Assembly: GCA_964436275.1 (NCBI GenBank)
Contig: CAYTBZ010000002.1
Coordinates: 13,660-77,659 of the forward strand
Source: an uncultured Gammaproteobacteria bacterium
GTDB lineage: Bacteria > Patescibacteriota > Patescibacteriia > UBA2591 > CAYTBZ01
DNA: 64,000 bases
Direction of reading: 5' to 3'
Shown: piece by piece, positions 57,725 to 64,000 of the stretch
Numbering within the stretch: the stretch's first letter is position 1
Layout of the letters: every line of letters begins with the position of its first letter
Notes under the pieces: model-generated
The model's database searches: none
The model's input: the letters and a program-made list of their open reading frames with translations, nothing else
What the model was told of the DNA's origin: nothing
Translations under genes and position numbers: made by a program

Positions 57725-58765
57725 ATGAAAGATAAATTAAAAAAAATTAAAGATGAATTCTTAAAAAGAATAAAAGAATGTTCTTCTCTTGATGATTTAG
57801 AAAAAATAGAAAAGGATTATTTAGGGAGAAAGAGAGGCAAAATAACTTTACTTTTTAAAAAATTAAAAACTCTTCCACCAGAAGAACGACCATCAGTTGG
57901 GGCTCTATTAAATCAGGTTAAAAAAGAAATTAAAGAAAGGATAGAAAAAAGCCGTTTTCAATTAAGAGACAGAGAAAAGGAAAAATTATCTTTTGATATT
58001 ACTCTGCCCGGAAAGAAGATAGAACTTGGACACCTCCATCCTATTACTCAATTTTTAGAAAAAGTTATTGATGTTTTCCTTTCTTTGGGGTTTGAAGTAG
58101 TTGAAGGCAGGGAGATAGAGACAGAAAAATATAATTTTGATTTATTGAATATTCCTTCAGAACATCCAGCAAGGGATGTTTGGGATACTTTTTATTTAAA
58201 GCAATATCATCAGGAGAAAATAAAAGGAGAGGGCAAACTTCTTTTAAGGACGCATACTTCGCCAATGCAGATTAGAGCAATGGAAAAGAGAAAGCCGCCG
58301 GTTCGATTAATTATTCCCGGTCGCGTTTTTCGCCATGAAGCAACTGACCCGGGACACGAGACTACTTTTTATCAATGTGAAGGTTTAGTTATTGATAAAG
58401 AAATAAAAGTAACTGATTTAATCGGTACTTTAAAGATTGTTTTAGAGAGAATTTTCAAAAAAAAGATAAGAATAAGAGTGAGACCTTCTTATTATCCTTT
58501 TGTTGAGCCGGGTTTAGATATTGATATGCAATGTTTAATTTGCGGAGGTAAAGGATGTTCAGTATGTAAGCAAACTGGCTGGTTGGAAATGCTTGGTTCA
58601 GGAATGGTTCATCCTCAAGTTTTAAAAAATATGGGATTAAGTCCAGAAAAATATTCTGGTTTTGCTTTTGGAATGGGTATTGATAGAATGATGATGTTTT
58701 ATTATGGGGTTAATGATGTTCGTTTATCTTATAGTGGAGATTTAAGATTTATTAATCAATTCTAA
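57725..58765 (+). CDS. pheS: Phenylalanine--tRNA ligase alpha subunit
   Basis: NFDLLNIP..HPAR, LRTHTSP, YPFVEP, GFAFGMGIDR. Confidence 0.98.
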   Translation: MKDKLKKIKDEFLKRIKECSSLDDLEKIEKDYLGRKRGKITLLFKKLKTLPPEERPSVGALLNQVKKEIKERIEKSRFQLRDREKEKLSFDITLPGKKIELGHLHPITQFLEKVIDVFLSLGFEVVEGREIETEKYNFDLLNIPSEHPARDVWDTFYLKQYHQEKIKGEGKLLLRTHTSPMQIRAMEKRKPPVRLIIPGRVFRHEATDPGHETTFYQCEGLVIDKEIKVTDLIGTLKIVLERIFKKKIRIRVRPSYYPFVEPGLDIDMQCLICGGKGCSVCKQTGWLEMLGSGMVHPQVLKNMGLSPEKYSGFAFGMGIDRMMMFYYGVNDVRLSYSGDLRFINQF

Positions 58766-58794
58766 TGAGAATAAAAGTCTAATGAGAATAAAAG
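58761..58794 (+). repeat. Exact 17-bp tandem duplication creating a 5-codon mini-ORF (MRIKV, 58765-58782)
   Basis: TCTAATGAGAATAAAAG at 58761-58777 and 58778-58794. Confidence 0.9.
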
Positions 58795-59207
58795 GAGAAA
58801 AAATAGAAGAAGAAAAAGAAGATTGGGAAATCTTGAGAAAAAAACTAGAGGAAATGGACGGCGAGGATCCACACTGGCAACTTATTGATATGAATGTTTT
58901 AGAAAAAGAAGAAATAGAATTGATTGAAGAAATATATAAACTTTTGGTTCAAAGCGAGGAAATTAGTCAAGAAGCAGTCAAGAATGCCGAGGAGGAGATT
59001 AATAATTATCGGAAAAGAATTAATGAATTTTGTAAGGAGAATCCAGAAATTTGTCAAAGAGCAAAAAATTATCTTGCTGACCGTTTAAATGAATGTAAAG
59101 ACAGGAGGATTCGTATGATAATTACTAAATTTAATTTAGCCGCTTTTCTCTTAAATAAACTTTTAAGAAAATATTTTGAAAGACAAATAAAAAGGAGAAA
59201 AGAATAA
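58782..59207 (+). CDS. Hypothetical helical protein inserted between pheS and pheT
   Basis: 141-aa ORF; TAATG overlaps at both ends. Confidence 0.7.
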   Translation: MRIKGEKIEEEKEDWEILRKKLEEMDGEDPHWQLIDMNVLEKEEIELIEEIYKLLVQSEEISQEAVKNAEEEINNYRKRINEFCKENPEICQRAKNYLADRLNECKDRRIRMIITKFNLAAFLLNKLLRKYFERQIKRRKE

Positions 59208-62008
59208 TGCTAGTTTCTTATAATTGGCTTAAAAAATTTGTTGAAATTAAGCTATCTCCGGAAAAATTAGCCGAAAAATTAACCCTTCTTGGTTTAGAAG
59301 TGGAAAAGGTTGTTTATCCAGGAAAAGGAATTCAGAAAATAGTAGTAGGAAGAATTATAGAGATTAAAAAACACCCTCAAGCAGATAGATTACAGGTTGT
59401 TAAAGTGGATATAGGCAAGAAAGTCATTAATGTTGTTTGCGGTGCTTTTAATATTAAAAAGGGAGATAAAGTGCCGGTTGCTTTACCCGGGGCTGTTCTT
59501 TCTGGCAAATTTAATAAATTAGTTATTCAAAAAGCTAAATTTAGAGGAGTAGAATCAGAAGGAATGCTTTGTGCTGAAGATGAGTTGGGTATTGGTGATG
59601 ACCACTCAGGTATCTATCTTTTAGACAAAGGAGCAAAAATTGGAGCAGATATTCGTGAGGTTTTAGAATTGAAAAACGAGGCAGTTTTTGAATTAGATAT
59701 TCCTGCCAATCGTGCTGATTGTTGGTCTCATTTAGGTGTTGCTCGGGAAATTGCTGCTTTACTGGGTAAGGAATTAAAAAACAAAGAAATTGTTAAATTA
59801 AATAGAGATAATTTCCAAAGAATTTTAAAAAATAATCCCGGAAGCAAAAAAATTCCTTCTTTGGAGGTTGAAATAAAGGATAAAAATTTTTGCCCTAAAT
59901 ATACAGCCAGAGTGATTAGAAAAGTAAAAATTAAGGAATCTCCTTCTTGGCTAAAAAATAAACTTCTTTCCCTTGGTTTAAGACCGATTAATAATGTAGT
60001 TGATATTACTAATTACTTAATGTTAGAATTGGGCCAGCCGCTTCATGCTTTTGATGGAGAAAAAGTAGATAAGGGTAGAAAAAGTAAAAAAATTATTGTA
60101 AGAAAGGCGAGAAGAGGAGAAAAAATACTTACTTTAGATGGTAAATTAAGAGAATTAGATAATTCTATTTATCTTATTGCTGACAGCCAACGTCCTTTGG
60201 CTATTGCCGGAATAATCGGAGGAGAGGAAAGTGAAATTACTCATCAGACAAAAGAGATTATTTTAGAATCTGCCCAGTTTAATCCTCTTCTTATTCGTCG
60301 TGCTTCGAGGAAGTTAGGATTACGCACTGAAAGTTCAGCGCGTTTTGAAAGAGGGGTTGATTGGAATATGACAGAAACAGCTTTAGAGAGGGCAACAGAA
60401 ATGATAGAAAAGATAGCCCAAGGCAAGCCAGTTAAGGAGAGAATATATTTAAGCGATAAGCCAATCTATTTACGCCGAGTAATAAAACTTCCTTTAAATT
60501 TTGTTTCTAAATTATTAGGTATAAAGATAGAAAAGAAGAGAATAAAAAAGATTTTACTTTCTTTGGGATTTAATGTTGCTGAGTTTATCCCTTCTTCTCT
60601 TTCTCCTTATGAGGCGAAAAATATTTTAATTAAGGAAGCAAAAAAGGTTCTTGGCAAAAAATATAAATATGGAGCCAAAGAAAATGAGGCACCGAACTAT
60701 TTTGATTGTTCATTGTTAGCCAAGTATCTTTATAGTAAACTCGGTTTTAAGATTCCTCGTTCTTCTATTGAACAAATTGAATTAGGGGAAAGAGTAGGTT
60801 TAAAAAAACTCCAGCCCGGCGATTTAATTTTTACTAGGGGAAATAGTCATTTTCATTATTCTGTCCATTATCCAAAAGGAGTAAGTCATTTAGGTATTTA
60901 TTTGGGAAAAGATAAAGTAATCCATGCTAACGGAGATAAGAAGAATGGCCGCTTAGGAGTGGTGGAACAAACACTTAAAGAGTTTTTAAGGGACAAAGAA
61001 TTTATAGAAGCGCGCAGAATAATTGGTCAAAAAGATGCTAAAGAGATGTTAATTGTTACTGTTCCTTCTTGGAGAGAGGATATTCGTCTTCCGATTGATT
61101 TAGTTGAAGAAATTGGACGAATTTTTGACTATAATAAAATGAAGCCCTCCCAGTTAATTACTTCTCTTAAACTTCAAAAGCCGAATGAGAGAATTATCTT
61201 AAAAAATAAATTAAGACACTTATTAATCTCTTCAGGTTTTAATGAAGTTTACAATTATTCTTTTCAAAAAGAAGGAAACGAAAAAGAGAATATTTTAGTT
61301 ATTAATCCCTTAAACCCCAATCAACGCTATTTAAGAAGAAGTTTGCTTTTCCATCTTTTTGAAAATATTCAGGAAAACCTAAAGAGATTTAATAAAGTGA
61401 AGGTCTTTGAAATTGGCCGAGTTTATTTTCCTCAAAAAGATAATCTGCCTAAGGAAGAGGAAAAAGTTGCTTTTGCTTTTGGTGCAGTTAATAAAAAGTT
61501 AGAAGAAAAGTTTTTCTTAATAAAAGGAACTTTCTCCTTAATTTTTGACCGTCTTGGCTTAAATCAGGAAAAAATAGTATATCAGAAAAGGGATAAGGAT
61601 ATAGTAATTAAGTTAGAAAAAAAAGAAATAGGGAAAATAGTTTTTTCTGATGATTTAGTTGGTGGAGAATTAGATTTTAATCTTTTATTAAAAAATAAAA
61701 AAGAAAAAAGTTTTCATCCGTTTTCTCCTTATCCAAGTATCCGAAGGGATTTGGCTATCTTAGTAAAAAAGGATATTTTCTATCAAGAAATAGAGAAAAC
61801 AATAAAAGAAGTTAGTCCCTTAATCAAGAAAATAGAATTATTTGATGTTTTTGAAAGTGAAAAATTGGGGAAAGATAAAAGAAGTTTGGCTTTTCATTTG
61901 GATTTTCAAGCCAGCGACCGAACTTTAACCACTGAAGAAGGAGAAAGAATTTTTAAAAAAATAGTTGATAAATTAAGAAATAAATTTGGCGCGGAATTAA
62001 GAGGATAA
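59207..62008 (+). CDS. pheT: Phenylalanine--tRNA ligase beta subunit with in-frame NlpC/P60 domain insertion
   Basis: HPQADRL..VVCGA (B2), NRADC, INNVVDITNY..GQPLHAFD (B3/4), VPSWREDI..DLVEE (B5), RRDLA..LFDVF..SLA (B8); insert with FDCS..H..IHA. Confidence 0.95.
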   Translation: MLVSYNWLKKFVEIKLSPEKLAEKLTLLGLEVEKVVYPGKGIQKIVVGRIIEIKKHPQADRLQVVKVDIGKKVINVVCGAFNIKKGDKVPVALPGAVLSGKFNKLVIQKAKFRGVESEGMLCAEDELGIGDDHSGIYLLDKGAKIGADIREVLELKNEAVFELDIPANRADCWSHLGVAREIAALLGKELKNKEIVKLNRDNFQRILKNNPGSKKIPSLEVEIKDKNFCPKYTARVIRKVKIKESPSWLKNKLLSLGLRPINNVVDITNYLMLELGQPLHAFDGEKVDKGRKSKKIIVRKARRGEKILTLDGKLRELDNSIYLIADSQRPLAIAGIIGGEESEITHQTKEIILESAQFNPLLIRRASRKLGLRTESSARFERGVDWNMTETALERATEMIEKIAQGKPVKERIYLSDKPIYLRRVIKLPLNFVSKLLGIKIEKKRIKKILLSLGFNVAEFIPSSLSPYEAKNILIKEAKKVLGKKYKYGAKENEAPNYFDCSLLAKYLYSKLGFKIPRSSIEQIELGERVGLKKLQPGDLIFTRGNSHFHYSVHYPKGVSHLGIYLGKDKVIHANGDKKNGRLGVVEQTLKEFLRDKEFIEARRIIGQKDAKEMLIVTVPSWREDIRLPIDLVEEIGRIFDYNKMKPSQLITSLKLQKPNERIILKNKLRHLLISSGFNEVYNYSFQKEGNEKENILVINPLNPNQRYLRRSLLFHLFENIQENLKRFNKVKVFEIGRVYFPQKDNLPKEEEKVAFAFGAVNKKLEEKFFLIKGTFSLIFDRLGLNQEKIVYQKRDKDIVIKLEKKEIGKIVFSDDLVGGELDFNLLLKNKKEKSFHPFSPYPSIRRDLAILVKKDIFYQEIEKTIKEVSPLIKKIELFDVFESEKLGKDKRSLAFHLDFQASDRTLTTEEGERIFKKIVDKLRNKFGAELRG

Positions 62009-62036
62009 GATAAAAAGAGATAAATTATTTTTTCTG

Positions 62037-62064
62037 AAAAAAGAAGGGAAATCCCTTCTTTTTT
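62037..62064 (+). terminator. Terminator after pheT
   Basis: AAAAAAGAAGGGA-aa-TCCCTTCTTTTTT. Confidence 0.75.
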
Positions 62065-62066
62065 CC

Positions 62067-62095
62067 TTGTCTTTTTTTGGTTTTTTTGATAAAAT
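62067..62095 (+). promoter_or_regulatory. Putative gyrB promoter
   Basis: TTGTCT-17 bp-TAAAAT with extended TG. Confidence 0.5.
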
Positions 62096-62100
62096 AATAA

Positions 62101-64000
<1,900 letters not shown>

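Noticed and set aside
60581-61045. PheT insertion as an intein or intron-encoded ORF
   Set aside because: No N-terminal Cys/Ser or C-terminal His-Asn splice motifs and no LAGLIDADG/HNH motif; the sequence fits NlpC/P60 instead.

Overview
AT-rich core-genome segment of a bacterium with the hallmarks of CPR/Patescibacteria, probably Parcubacteria-like. Those hallmarks are no rpmD (L30) between rpsE and rplO, a GAD-less AspRS, Lys/Glu-extended ribosomal proteins and many E/K-rich orphan proteins; the genetic code reads as standard code 11. The window holds the str-S10-spc ribosomal protein superoperon through secY-adk-adk-map, plus rpmB (absent from the ORF track), rplU, rpmA, recR-dnaB, tRNA-Lys(UUU), a P-type ATPase/CaCA exchanger cluster, asnS-aspS-scpAB, mraY-ftsW-murG, holB, gap, pgk, argS, cysS, corA, a UvrD-nuclease fusion with dciA, pheS/pheT and the 5' part of gyrB. 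No CRISPR array, rRNA, transposase or integrase was seen. The standout observation is that PheT carries a complete NlpC/P60 cysteine-peptidase domain (Cys-His-His triad intact) inserted in-frame inside its B5 domain. It sits in a pheS-miniORF-orphan-pheT chain linked by three TAATG stop/start overlaps. Secondary signals are a structured switch/pseudoknot-like RNA between rpsJ and rplC, a Phd-like gene plus long hairpin between fusA and tuf, and a set of self-contained orphan gene cassettes with uniform strong Shine-Dalgarno sites in a genome whose core genes are mostly SD-less or leaderless. All calls are from motif reading by eye; no database searches were run.
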